Source of the DNA: Patescibacteria group bacterium
GTDB lineage: Bacteria; Patescibacteriota; Patescibacteriia; Magasanikbacterales; UBA922
Length of the DNA: 64,000 nt
Reading direction: 5' to 3'
NCBI GenBank assembly: GCA_041651535.1
Contig: JBAZIZ010000002.1
Coordinates: 1,006-65,005, forward strand
The notes under the pieces were generated by a model, which worked only from the letters and a program-made list of their open reading frames with translations, was not told the DNA's origin and made no database searches. Positions 1-9,925 of this stretch are shown here, piece by piece. Each line of letters starts with the position of its first letter. The first letter of the stretch is position 1. The position numbers and the translations under genes are program-made.

Positions 1-582
1 GAAACTTACAGACAGGTTTTTAATGATGAAATACTCCATCTCTATCAAACCTGCCGATTCATTTCTTGAAAGAGATTCCTCTCCCCAAGATAATGAACCT
101 TGGTAACCAAGATTTATGTTCAGGAGATCTTTCTGATAACTCCTAACATAAACCATTAACTGCCACTGAAGCATATTCCGGAAACCATCATAATTTGATG
201 GAATCCCATAACCGACACTGGCTTTTACCCCAGCTCTCCCTTTTATAAAAGGAAAGGACAGGAACCCACCGGAAAAAGTCGGGATATGCAAATCCAACTT
301 TTCCTCATGGGCGAACCTATAAGAAATACTCCCAAAGAAGTAATTCTTGTCAGTTCTTTCCCCGATCAATTTAATAACCGTAGGAATTTCCGGAACAGAT
401 TCTGGAACACTCGGACATTTGATAGTTTTCACTATCTTCTGTCCGTTATCAACGATCTCAACTTCAACACTTTCATCGTCTGGACCGCATACGCCGTCCT
501 CGACGATGATGTTGTATTTCTCTTCGGCATTTACACCAAAAAAGAAAAAACAACAGAAAACAAAAACGAAAAACTTTTTCAT
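1..582 (-). CDS. Secreted hypothetical protein, partial (C-terminus runs off the window edge). It has an N-terminal signal peptide, MKKFFVFVFCCFFFFGVNA.
   Basis: I translated the minus strand myself; this ORF is absent from the supplied track because it is open at the window edge. The ATG at 582-580 is preceded by GGGAGGAAGCC, a good Shine-Dalgarno site. A hydrophobic signal peptide ends in an AXA-like cleavage site. GC content here is clearly higher than in the rest of the window. Confidence 0.5.
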   Translation of the reverse strand, partial: MKKFFVFVFCCFFFFGVNAEEKYNIIVEDGVCGPDDESVEVEIVDNGQKIVKTIKCPSVPESVPEIPTVIKLIGERTDKNYFFGSISYRFAHEEKLDLHIPTFSGGFLSFPFIKGRAGVKASVGYGIPSNYDGFRNMLQWQLMVYVRSYQKDLLNINLGYQGSLSWGEESLSRNESAGLIEMEYFIIKNLSVSF

Positions 583-805
583 GGCTTCCTCCCATAAATT
601 AAAACAATAAAATTGCCGCTCTTTCAACCCGCTCAATTATAAAATAATTTTATAACTCAGCGGGTCAAAAGATTTTATGAAAGGATTATATTTTTAAATT
701 GTAATGTACTTAATTACATCTAAGTATTTATTTAAAAAGATAAATAAACACTATATATGTGGGGATGCGATTTTAATCTACATCCCCGAAGTCTGCCTCC
801 ACAGA

Positions 806-1693
806 CTATTTCTTGATTTTCCTGATTGTGATTTTTAACTCACCTTCGGAATCATCAGATTTATCAACTTCCGGCATAGCCTTACCGATCATGACAGTTT
901 TGCCAGAGTCTGCAGTTTTGCCTGAATCTTCTGGGCTAACAGCAGGTTCTTCCTTTTTCTCCTCTGTAGGAGCTGCAGGAAGATCATCAACCGCCGGCGG
1001 ATTTTCAATTTCAAGAGATTTTTTTGCCTCCTCCTCGGCTTTTTTGATCTCTTCAAGTTTCCTATCTTTAAGATAAGAAACCTCTCTAGACATCTTGAGA
1101 AATTTTTTCTCATGTTTGTCGAGCATCTCACCAGCCGGCCTCAACCAGGACATGACTTTTTCCGTTTTTTTATCGACTTTTTCAGAAAGTTTATCGACTT
1201 TTTCAGAAACTCCTGCAATTTCTTTTTTTGTAGTTTTTGTGAACTCAACCACTGCCTCATTATATGAAGCAAGTGACTGGGAAATTTCAGCAACTTTTGC
1301 TTCATTTTCCGAAAACATTCCGAAAGTGATACCTGCGATAACAAAAATTGTAATCAAGGTAAAAACCGAAAAACCAATAATCCACCAGCTTTTTACATTG
1401 ATGGAATCAACAACCGGAAAAACCGTGTTGTTAAACTTGGCTTCTCTTTCTGCGAACTTTTCGACGCTCTTGAGAAGCTCATCGAGCTTCTGCATTTCTG
1501 TCAGCTCATGTTCGGGTTTGGTTTCAAGTTTCGGTTCAGTTTTTACAGCTGGTTCTTCACCAGGCATGATTGTCTCCTGCCCAGCAAGAGCTTCCTGCTC
1601 TTCAATTGTGGTTGTTCCAGCTGATGCTGTTGCTTCCACGCTGCCGTTCTGATTGCTGCTTTCAGGAGTTTTTTCATTTGTTTTCTTTTCCAT
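806..1693 (-). CDS. Membrane-anchored coiled-coil protein, function unknown.
   Basis: The 295-aa ORF has one central hydrophobic helix (WWIIGFSVFTLITIFVIAGITFGMF), flanked by charged E/K-rich regions that look like coiled coil. GC content and codon usage (GAG, CTC, GGC) are atypical for this window. Confidence 0.5.
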   Translation of the reverse strand: MEKKTNEKTPESSNQNGSVEATASAGTTTIEEQEALAGQETIMPGEEPAVKTEPKLETKPEHELTEMQKLDELLKSVEKFAEREAKFNNTVFPVVDSINVKSWWIIGFSVFTLITIFVIAGITFGMFSENEAKVAEISQSLASYNEAVVEFTKTTKKEIAGVSEKVDKLSEKVDKKTEKVMSWLRPAGEMLDKHEKKFLKMSREVSYLKDRKLEEIKKAEEEAKKSLEIENPPAVDDLPAAPTEEKKEEPAVSPEDSGKTADSGKTVMIGKAMPEVDKSDDSEGELKITIRKIKK

Positions 1694-2004
1694 GTGACGT
1701 CCTCCGCCAAAAAAATTGATAATACTATATAAGACACACTTGTAATGAACGTATTATATTTATAATATAACGCATTAATATATCACATTTTAATGATTTT
1801 GTCAAGTGTTTTTAGAGAAAAAAGCACTTTTTTGGCTAATTATAGATAAAAAATCAAGAAAAAAATAACACAATTATAACTAAAATCTAACTTAAAAAAA
1901 GAAATTTTAAATTTTATCTCTTACAATAAAAAACCCTGAAAAAAATCAGAGCTTTTTACTATTTTATTTTATATACTTTATAATTTTACAATTCTAGATT
2001 TATT

Positions 2005-5000
2005 TTATTTTCCAAGTATCAACTTCTTAGCTGCTTCTCGTAAAAATTTTACTTTTGCCTCATTACCAGAAAATTTTTCTAACTTATCAGCATAAGCTTT
2101 ATACAGATAAGCTAGTTTAGAATCTTGTAAATGTTTATAATAAGGACTGTCCACACTGGTTCTTTCTAGAAGTCCATCAACTATTGCTGCAGTTGCTTCA
2201 TTGGTAGATAAATCCGGAGCAAAACTTTTTAAAGTTCTAGCTGGAATTTCCACAAATTTTACACCTTCGAAATAATCTTTTTCGTTTATTTCTTGATCGG
2301 AAATTTTTGAATTAAACAATTCTGATTTCATTTTTACTTTTTTAACAACTTCATCTAGAATTTTTTTCAAATTTTTATTTTTATCAATCATTTCAGAAAC
2401 TTTTTCATTTATTTCTTCTTTGCCTAAATCGTCTAAATTGTAATAATTGACTTCTTTTTTTGGCAAAACTTGTTCGTAAGCTTCATCAGTGTTTACTTCT
2501 ATTTCTTCTTCCCCTACCAAGGCATCATCCTCAAAACTTTTTCCAAAAGAATTCAATTTTCCTACGTTAGTTTCTGCACCTGAAGATGTTTGACCAGTAG
2601 TTTTTGGTATTTCTCTAGAAACAAAAGCTTCATCGTTTTTGATAGCTCCAGCAACACCAGTATTCTGAGCCATCATTTTATCAAGTTTTGAATCTGGTAA
2701 TTTTTGATCCAAACCTTGTGTGTTAGTTTCCAAATTTCCTATTTTTTGTGTTTCTTCGCTCACACTTTGCCCAAAATTTTTCAAACCTAAATTGTTTTCG
2801 TCTGCTTCACTTGGAGAACCTACTTCTTCTAAAGTTTTATCCATCATCATTTTCTTAGAAATATCTTGACCTAAACCAGCTCTGTTAGTTGCCATTTTTC
2901 CAATATCTTGAGCTTCTCCGCTATCAATATTAGCAAAAGATCTCAAATTTTGACTATCATTTTGATCGCTCAAATTAACATTTTCAGATTTAGGAATATC
3001 TTGTTTTTCAAAAACCTGATTATTTTGTGTTCTAAGAACGCCAGAATTTTCTGCAACTATTTTATCTACCTTAGAATCTGGTAATTTTTTACCTAAACCA
3101 CTTGTTTCAGTTTCCATTTCACCGATATTTTCAACTTCATTACCAACAGTATTTTTTCCAAAATTTTTCAAACCTAAATTGTTTTCGTTTGCTTCACTTG
3201 GGGAATTTATTCCTTCTAAAGTTTTATCCACGTTCATTCTTTGAGCTAAATTTGTATCAACTTTTGTTCCTCTAGTTTTTATATTTTCGATTTCACTTGC
3301 TTCTAAGTTATTTTTTTGAAAATTTTTCAAAGATGGATTATCTTGAGCTGAAACAGAACCAGTCTTGTAATCAGGAATATTTTGCTCTTCAAAAGCTTTA
3401 GAACCATCATAAACACTAGCTAAATTATCCATGTCAGTTTTTGGTTTATCTTTTGGAACAAAATCATAATTTTTAATATTCTTAAAAGGGTTTTGATTTG
3501 TTTCATCTTTTTTTAAATCATTTAAAGTTTCATAATTGAAATCTTCTTTTGAAAATTTAGATGAACTTTCTGGTATTTCTGGTTTTTTAATATCAAAATC
3601 TTTTTTATCAACTTCTGCTGTTTCTAAATTATCATTTATCTTAGAAAAATTTTTCAACTTTAAACTTTGGTCTACTACTCCAGAAATTTTTTCATTATTT
3701 TTTTCTAAAGTTGCTTTTATTTCATTAAATTTATTATCATCAATATTAAGTCCTAAATTTTTATCAAGAATTTTTACATCACTATTTATAGCAGAATCTA
3801 TTGCCCACAATTCTTTTATTTGATTATTAATATTTTGTGGAGTTTCTTCTGAAACTAAACTTAAGATAGTTTGTTCTAAATCTTTTACTCTACCAGCATA
3901 ATTATCAGAGCCTAATTCTGGATTTTTTTCTGCCAAAATTTTAAGTTTAGCTAAATCTTTTTCTACAAAAGACAAAGCTTTTTTAAATACTTCTTTATAA
4001 GGTTTGAATTCTGGATTAGAAACTAATTTATTTTCTATTATAGTTTTATAAGCCAAAACTTTATTTGATTTTTCAGTTACAGAGTCAATATCAAAATCAG
4101 TTTTAGCTGAAGTTTTTGTTTCAAAAACTTTTTCAGCAACTTTATTTTGTGCAGAATTATTTTCTATATTGTCTTTTTCCGCTTGTGGTGTTTCAATTAT
4201 TTTTGTAGGGCTTTCTTTTTCAGAAAATTCTCTAAATTTTTCATCATGAAAAAAAGCAGTTTTATCAATTGAATTTGCGTCTATTTTTATTTCTGGATAA
4301 CCATCTTCCCAAACAAGATTAATTTTTGCTCCTTTATAGAGTGTTTGACTATAATGTTCACCTGTCTTACCAAATTCATAACCATGTCTTTTAAATTGTT
4401 CTAATTTCCAATCTCTAAATAATTTTTCTTTTTGACCTTGGCTTAAATCATTTATTTTTAATTCATTATCTTTAGCAACTGCTTCAATTATTTTTTCTTT
4501 GAATTCTGGATTTTTTTCAAAATTATATATTGCGTGTGATAAACCTTGACCGGATTTTATTTCATAAGTTGCTAAAATCTTTGGAGTATTTTCATTTGTA
4601 TTACTAGGAAATTCAACTGTTTTTGGTTTTTCTGATTTTACAGAATCTGTACTTGTCTTTTCCTGAACAACTTCTTTTGTAGTAGAAGAATTTGTATCAG
4701 CTGTTTTTTCTGAAACTTGTGCCACTGTTTCAGAAGTTTTTGGTGTTTCTGGAGCTGGAGTTTCCTCTTGAAATGTAGATAAATCTAAATCTTTACCGCT
4801 GGCGATAACTTTTCCATCAGACAAACAGATATCAAAATCAGCAGTAATTTTATTATCACTAGATAATTTTAGATCACTAATTTTAACAAAACCATTGTTT
4901 GTTTCTACTATATAACCGTCCCCAACAGATTTTAAATTATCTAAAGTTATTTCAATTTTTTCTTTGTTAAATTCAATATTCAAAGAATTATTTGCGAGAT

Positions 5001-8000
5001 TTTCTAGAAATAAATTTTTTACTTTATAAGAATCCCACATTTTTTCTGGCATATCTTTTATTTTTTCCAATCGAACAAGATTATCTTTAAAATTATCAAC
5101 TACTGTTTCAAAAATTCCATTTTCTTTTATATTTTCAGTTAATCTGTCAAAAGCACCACTAATATCTGTGTCTCCAAAAGCAACACCATAAATACCTAAT
5201 CCAGTAAATATTTTTCCAACTGCTTTTATAAAATCTGTTTTTTTTGTTTTACTCTCTTTTTTAGCACCAATTCCAACTAAAGATCTAGTTGACTCGACAG
5301 TAGAATTTAACAATGAATCTCTCAAAATAAATCCTATTTTATCAATTAAAAAATTATCTCCTAAAATAGTTTTTTGTTTAAATTCTCGATTAGCTTTTAG
5401 AGATCTTTCTATTGTGGAAGTCAAAGCATAAACAACACCACGAAGGGCAAATTGTCCAGAGGCTACTAAAGCAGTGTTTAAAGCATCTTTCAAAATTGTC
5501 ATTTTAGAAATTTTGTTATAAACAAAAACATCAATAGTATTTTTGATACTTTCTTTTTCTTTTTTTTCTTCATTTTCATTTTTTTCACGATTTTGACGAA
5601 GAATTTCTGATAAAACTTTTTTAAATCTTTCTCTTTCTTCATCGGATAAATCTGGGGAATTTAATATTTTTTCTCGAAGAGATTTTATTTTATCTCTCAT
5701 TTCATGTTTTACTTGATTATCTTTTTCAGTAATTTCAGTTTTTTCTTTTTCATTTATTTCAGTATTTAAAATCACGAATCTTTGAAATTCATTGATAAAT
5801 TCTGAAAAAGTACTTTCCATTTCTTTTTTAACATTACTATTTTTTAATTCATTTTTTGAATATTGATCTATATCACCCCAACCCCAATCTTTATCAAAAA
5901 ATTTTTTTCCAGCTTTGCCTACTAACCAACCGGCTGAATCAGTCAAAAATTTTATACCAGTAGCTGAAGTACCGCTACTATAAATTACTTTGGCTAAAGT
6001 TTTACCTATAGTTTTAGCTTTTTCTTGGTTAGCTTTTTCAATTTCTTTTTTTTCTTCCAAATTTTCTTTAGAAAAAACTTTATTTTTTATTCGAGAAAAA
6101 AATGATTCTTTATTTGTTTTATCTAAAGAATTTAATTCATTTTCAAATTGTTTTTTTTGTTTTTCTAAAATTTTTAAATCACTATAATCAATTTTTGATT
6201 CTTCTAATTTTTTTATCACTAAAAAGTAAGCTCCTTTGGTTTGTATTAATTCTTTCTTTCGATCTTCATTTTTCTCTTCGTCAATCATCTTTGTCAAAGA
6301 TAAAACATCAGAAATTTTTAATTTATTTAAAGCTTTTAAAATTCTTGTATAAGAATTTATAATTTCAATTTTTTCTTCTAAACTTTTTTTCTTTGATTCT
6401 GTTTGCTCAATATTTTTATTATTTTTTTCAACAATATTTTCTGTTTCTTTTTCTGTTGATTGAATAATTATTTTTTCTTCTTGTTGTTTATTTTCTTGTT
6501 TATTTTCTTGTTCATTTTTAGTTTCTTCTTTATTTTCTGTTTGAGAGCTAATTTCTTTTCCTAATTTTTCAATTAAATTATTTTTTACTTTTTGTATAGA
6601 TTCGGCGTTTATGTCACCAGAAAATAAATCTGATTGATGTAAAAAATTTTCCATTTTGCCAACATTTTTGATAGCTTTTATTAAAATATTTTGTTTATCT
6701 TCTGTTAAAAGATCCATTTTTTCCTTCATTTTTTCAAAATTATATATCTCATTTTTACTAAAAAGTTCAGATATTTTTTGAAAGTTATCCAATACATTAA
6801 AAATAGTTTTAATAATTTCTTTTTGATTATTTATTTTTTTTCCTTCATTTAATACTAAATCCTGAATATTTTTTAAATTTTCATTAGTCATTAATTTATC
6901 AAAATCTGAAAAATCAATTTTTTCTATTTTTCCAACTAAAAATTCAGCTTCTTTTTTTTCATTTATTTTTTTTACATCTGCCGAAAGTATTTCTTCAAAA
7001 GAAGCTATAATTTGATTTTTATTATTAAAAATATCTTTTGGATAATTTGGGTCTTGTTCTTTTACTTTTTCCCAGACTTCTGAAACAATATCATCTGAAA
7101 TATTATATTTATCAGCATATTCATTTTTTAATACTTTCCTTACTTTTTCCAATTGTTTTTTTTCTAATTCAGGAGAATTATTTTTATCTACTTTTTTTGA
7201 TTCTGGTTTTTTTTGAGATCCTTTTTTTTCACCATTATTATTTTCTTTATTATTCATATTTGTAGATTTAATTGGATTAGAAAAATCAAAATTATTTTTT
7301 GTTGAAATTTTATTATTTATTTTTTGATTATTTTTTTCTTCTAAACTTTTTCTATCAGTAGAAATATTACCAAAGTTTTCCAATTCTTCTACATTTAATA
7401 AAATCTTTTGTTCTTTTCCATCTTTACCAATAAATTTATAATTTATTTTGCCATTTTTTATATCTTTTGGAGAAAATTCTTTTATACTTTTTCCACCAAA
7501 CAAAACAAAAATTTTATCAGCATTGGCATATTTTTTTTCCAAATTTTTTTGAGTTTTATTTGTATCTTCGGTTTCTGTCTCTGGTTTTTGTTTTTCAATT
7601 AAATTTTCTTTTTTTTGTATTTTTATTTTTTTATTCAATTCACGTGTTAAATCTTTTTTTACATCTCTCAATTGAACTACTTTTATTTCTTTGGCATTTG
7701 AATCAACATTACGCAAAACTAAATCATTAAAAGTACGCCCATTAGCACCAACTAGATCTTTTCTAATTTCGACAACTTTAAATTTATTATTTGGATTATT
7801 TTGATAAAAAAATTCATCACCGATTTTGTAAGTTTCATTTTCAAAATTTATTTCTGAAATTTTATTTTCTGTTTTATTTTTTTCTGTTTCTTTGACTAAA
7901 ACTGGGGCAACTTTATCAGCCCAACTTTCGATCGGATCTGCTTCTTTTTTTTGATTTTTTATTGTTTTATATTTTTCTTCTATATACAAAAAACCACGTT

Positions 8001-8241
8001 TAATTTCTTTTGTTTTTTTGATAATTTCTTCTTGGTCTGATAATTCTATGGCACTAGCAAGAGAAAGAACATTTTTTTCTATTGCTTTTAATTCTACTGC
8101 AAAAAAATCTATTTTTTCACCCAAATGTTTTTCTAATTCCTGTTTCAAATCGGATATTTTTTGAACATCAAAATTTGGATTTTTTTTATCCAAAATTTTT
8201 TTTATTTCTTTATTTATTTGACCGATTTGTTCTACACTCAT
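2005..8241 (-). CDS. Giant 2078-aa hypothetical protein. It is rich in K, E and N, has long predicted coiled-coil stretches and two ~129-aa tandem repeats near the C-terminus.
   Basis: A single uninterrupted 6.2-kb ORF. It carries an internal in-frame DNA tandem duplication with a 387-nt period. Predicted amphipathic or hydrophobic helices include DALNTALVASGQFALRGVVYALTSTIERS and FIKAVGKIFTGLGIYGVAFGD. I recognise no conserved catalytic motif. Confidence 0.7.
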   Translation of the reverse strand: MSVEQIGQINKEIKKILDKKNPNFDVQKISDLKQELEKHLGEKIDFFAVELKAIEKNVLSLASAIELSDQEEIIKKTKEIKRGFLYIEEKYKTIKNQKKEADPIESWADKVAPVLVKETEKNKTENKISEINFENETYKIGDEFFYQNNPNNKFKVVEIRKDLVGANGRTFNDLVLRNVDSNAKEIKVVQLRDVKKDLTRELNKKIKIQKKENLIEKQKPETETEDTNKTQKNLEKKYANADKIFVLFGGKSIKEFSPKDIKNGKINYKFIGKDGKEQKILLNVEELENFGNISTDRKSLEEKNNQKINNKISTKNNFDFSNPIKSTNMNNKENNNGEKKGSQKKPESKKVDKNNSPELEKKQLEKVRKVLKNEYADKYNISDDIVSEVWEKVKEQDPNYPKDIFNNKNQIIASFEEILSADVKKINEKKEAEFLVGKIEKIDFSDFDKLMTNENLKNIQDLVLNEGKKINNQKEIIKTIFNVLDNFQKISELFSKNEIYNFEKMKEKMDLLTEDKQNILIKAIKNVGKMENFLHQSDLFSGDINAESIQKVKNNLIEKLGKEISSQTENKEETKNEQENKQENKQQEEKIIIQSTEKETENIVEKNNKNIEQTESKKKSLEEKIEIINSYTRILKALNKLKISDVLSLTKMIDEEKNEDRKKELIQTKGAYFLVIKKLEESKIDYSDLKILEKQKKQFENELNSLDKTNKESFFSRIKNKVFSKENLEEKKEIEKANQEKAKTIGKTLAKVIYSSGTSATGIKFLTDSAGWLVGKAGKKFFDKDWGWGDIDQYSKNELKNSNVKKEMESTFSEFINEFQRFVILNTEINEKEKTEITEKDNQVKHEMRDKIKSLREKILNSPDLSDEERERFKKVLSEILRQNREKNENEEKKEKESIKNTIDVFVYNKISKMTILKDALNTALVASGQFALRGVVYALTSTIERSLKANREFKQKTILGDNFLIDKIGFILRDSLLNSTVESTRSLVGIGAKKESKTKKTDFIKAVGKIFTGLGIYGVAFGDTDISGAFDRLTENIKENGIFETVVDNFKDNLVRLEKIKDMPEKMWDSYKVKNLFLENLANNSLNIEFNKEKIEITLDNLKSVGDGYIVETNNGFVKISDLKLSSDNKITADFDICLSDGKVIASGKDLDLSTFQEETPAPETPKTSETVAQVSEKTADTNSSTTKEVVQEKTSTDSVKSEKPKTVEFPSNTNENTPKILATYEIKSGQGLSHAIYNFEKNPEFKEKIIEAVAKDNELKINDLSQGQKEKLFRDWKLEQFKRHGYEFGKTGEHYSQTLYKGAKINLVWEDGYPEIKIDANSIDKTAFFHDEKFREFSEKESPTKIIETPQAEKDNIENNSAQNKVAEKVFETKTSAKTDFDIDSVTEKSNKVLAYKTIIENKLVSNPEFKPYKEVFKKALSFVEKDLAKLKILAEKNPELGSDNYAGRVKDLEQTILSLVSEETPQNINNQIKELWAIDSAINSDVKILDKNLGLNIDDNKFNEIKATLEKNNEKISGVVDQSLKLKNFSKINDNLETAEVDKKDFDIKKPEIPESSSKFSKEDFNYETLNDLKKDETNQNPFKNIKNYDFVPKDKPKTDMDNLASVYDGSKAFEEQNIPDYKTGSVSAQDNPSLKNFQKNNLEASEIENIKTRGTKVDTNLAQRMNVDKTLEGINSPSEANENNLGLKNFGKNTVGNEVENIGEMETETSGLGKKLPDSKVDKIVAENSGVLRTQNNQVFEKQDIPKSENVNLSDQNDSQNLRSFANIDSGEAQDIGKMATNRAGLGQDISKKMMMDKTLEEVGSPSEADENNLGLKNFGQSVSEETQKIGNLETNTQGLDQKLPDSKLDKMMAQNTGVAGAIKNDEAFVSREIPKTTGQTSSGAETNVGKLNSFGKSFEDDALVGEEEIEVNTDEAYEQVLPKKEVNYYNLDDLGKEEINEKVSEMIDKNKNLKKILDEVVKKVKMKSELFNSKISDQEINEKDYFEGVKFVEIPARTLKSFAPDLSTNEATAAIVDGLLERTSVDSPYYKHLQDSKLAYLYKAYADKLEKFSGNEAKVKFLREAAKKLILGK
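2560..3240 (-). repeat. In-frame tandem duplication inside the giant gene: two copies of a 387-bp (129-aa) unit.
   Basis: The near-identical string ccaaaatttttcaaacctaaattgttttcg...gcttcacttgg occurs at 2771 and at 3158, which are 387 nt apart. The encoded repeats share the pattern DKTLE..SPSEA.ENNLGLKNFG...ETNT.GL..KLPDSK.DK. Confidence 0.8.
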
Positions 8242-8248
8242 ATAAAAA

Positions 8249-9376
8249 TTATTTATAAATTTCTTTTTTAAGAAGTTCTTTCATCTGAAGCAAGGTTTGT
8301 TTTACTTCATTAATTTTTTCTTCAATATTTTTGTTATTTAATTCAGAATTAAAAACTAATTGTTCAGCCTCTTTATTAAAACCAATTTTATACATATTAG
8401 TGTCAAAAATATTTTTTAATGTAGCAAATTCATTACGAATTTTTTTATCATTTATTTGATCTACGAGATATTCAAAAGAATTTTTTACAGTATTTAATTC
8501 TTTAGCGACATTCCAAAGTTTAGTTCTTTCACTAAAACCAAATCTTTCATCTTTTGATAATAAATTTTTGGTTTTTATCAAATCTACATTGACCGAAATT
8601 GAAACTCCATTTTCTAAATCTGTCAAAGTCAAAACTTTTTCAGTAATTTTTTTAATCACATATTTTTTTTCTTTTTGGACATTTGGAGAATAAAAAACAT
8701 AATCACCTTCAGAAAAAATTTCTTTGCCTATTTTTATTGATTCTTTTTTTTCTTCTTTTGCATCTTTTTTTTCTCCAAACAAAGACCATTTAGATTTTTT
8801 TTCGTCTTTTTTTTCTGTTAAATCTACTGGTTTATTTAAAATATTTGTAATTTGTTTTAAAAATGATTCAGAAACTTCTTCTTCTGGATTTGGTAGTGGA
8901 ACTTGTATATTAATAATATCATCTAATTTTTTTGCTGAATTACGCAAAAGTCTTTTCATTTTTTCTTCTTTACTTTCTTCAGTTTCTTTTTTATCATTAT
9001 TTTCTGGATCACCACCATTTGCTGAACCAAGATTATCTAAAAGAGAATCAATCTCTGTGTTTGCTTCGTCTTTGATATCTTTGGTATCTTTTTTGCCTTT
9101 CGCGTTTGAAGCAAAAAGATTATTTTCTGTTTGTTGATTTTCTTTAAGAATTTGAGTAATTTTTGCTACTTCTATTTCTTTATTTTTTCTCAAAATTTCT
9201 CTAGCTTCTGCTATTTTTGCTTTCAATTTTGCATCTTTTTCCTTACTAGTTTCAAAAGGTAATTCTGAGTTAGAATCTTTTTTATTTGATTGTTTGATTT
9301 CTCCTAACATTCCATTACCATTTAATACTCCTCCTAAAGCTGAATCTGGTGTTTGATAAAATTCTCCTCTTTTCAT
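8249..9376 (-). CDS. Hypothetical K/E-rich protein of 375 aa. It is in an operon with the giant gene.
   Basis: The ORF ends 8 nt upstream of the giant gene start. Its C-terminal segment GDYVFYSPNVQKEKKYVIKKITEKVLTLTDL resembles the N-terminal segment IGDEFFYQNNPNNKFKVVEIRKDLV of the giant protein, suggesting a shared small beta-domain. Confidence 0.55.
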   Translation of the reverse strand: MKRGEFYQTPDSALGGVLNGNGMLGEIKQSNKKDSNSELPFETSKEKDAKLKAKIAEAREILRKNKEIEVAKITQILKENQQTENNLFASNAKGKKDTKDIKDEANTEIDSLLDNLGSANGGDPENNDKKETEESKEEKMKRLLRNSAKKLDDIINIQVPLPNPEEEVSESFLKQITNILNKPVDLTEKKDEKKSKWSLFGEKKDAKEEKKESIKIGKEIFSEGDYVFYSPNVQKEKKYVIKKITEKVLTLTDLENGVSISVNVDLIKTKNLLSKDERFGFSERTKLWNVAKELNTVKNSFEYLVDQINDKKIRNEFATLKNIFDTNMYKIGFNKEAEQLVFNSELNNKNIEEKINEVKQTLLQMKELLKKEIYK

Positions 9377-9384
9377 ATAATTAC

Positions 9385-9570
9385 TTAATTAGATTTAATT
9401 AAATTTATTTTTTCTAAAACTTCATGAATTTGTTTTTTATTAGAAACTTCATGAATTTGTTTTTTTAAATCACTCAATTTTTTTTCTAGCTCTTCCATTT
9501 TTGCAAAAAGATCAAGATATTGTTCTAACTTTTCTGAATCATTTTCTAATTGTGTCTGTTTTTTAGACAT
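9385..9570 (-). CDS. Small 61-aa coiled-coil ORF containing a 21-bp direct DNA repeat. It may not be translated.
   Basis: This short ORF lies between operon genes. The DNA repeat aacttcatgaatttgtttttt occurs twice at about 9416-9470, producing a KKQIHEV peptide repeat. Confidence 0.35.
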   Translation of the reverse strand: MSKKQTQLENDSEKLEQYLDLFAKMEELEKKLSDLKKQIHEVSNKKQIHEVLEKINLIKSN

Positions 9571-9574
9571 AATT

Positions 9575-9925
9575 CTATTTTTTTGAATCTAAGATATCTT
9601 CTAATTCTTTTAATTTATTTAAAGTTTCTAAATCATTTTTCTCAATATTTTGTGTAAATTCATCTTGAATTTGTTTTAACTTTTCTATAAATTTATTATC
9701 TTCAGATTTAGTCGCTAAGTCTAAATATTTATTTTCTAAAACATCTGTAAGTTTATCAATCTGTTCCAAAGAAAGTGTAGGTAAAATATCCAAAAAAGCT
9801 TGACGAGTTTCATCATCTATTTTTAATTCTGAAATTAAAAAACCTAATTTTATACCTTTAGCTTCAGCTAGGGCTTTTAATTTTGGGTCAACAATCACTT
9901 CTGTTGTTTGATTATTTTTATCCAT
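9575..9925 (-). CDS. Hypothetical acidic 116-aa protein, the first gene of the putative four-gene operon.
   Basis: The ORF lies directly upstream of, and co-directional with, the 61-aa and 375-aa ORFs and the giant gene. An AT-rich divergent promoter region lies upstream (9926-10237). Confidence 0.5.
   Translation of the reverse strand: MDKNNQTTEVIVDPKLKALAEAKGIKLGFLISELKIDDETRQAFLDILPTLSLEQIDKLTDVLENKYLDLATKSEDNKFIEKLKQIQDEFTQNIEKNDLETLNKLKELEDILDSKK

Noticed and set aside
3536-3823. Plus-strand ORFs embedded antisense within the giant gene (3536-3823, 5990-6362, 7038-7730, 8724-9137).
   Set aside because: They are low-complexity F/L/S-rich translations of the antisense of K/E-rich coding DNA, with no motifs and no room for promoters. 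They are almost certainly spurious.
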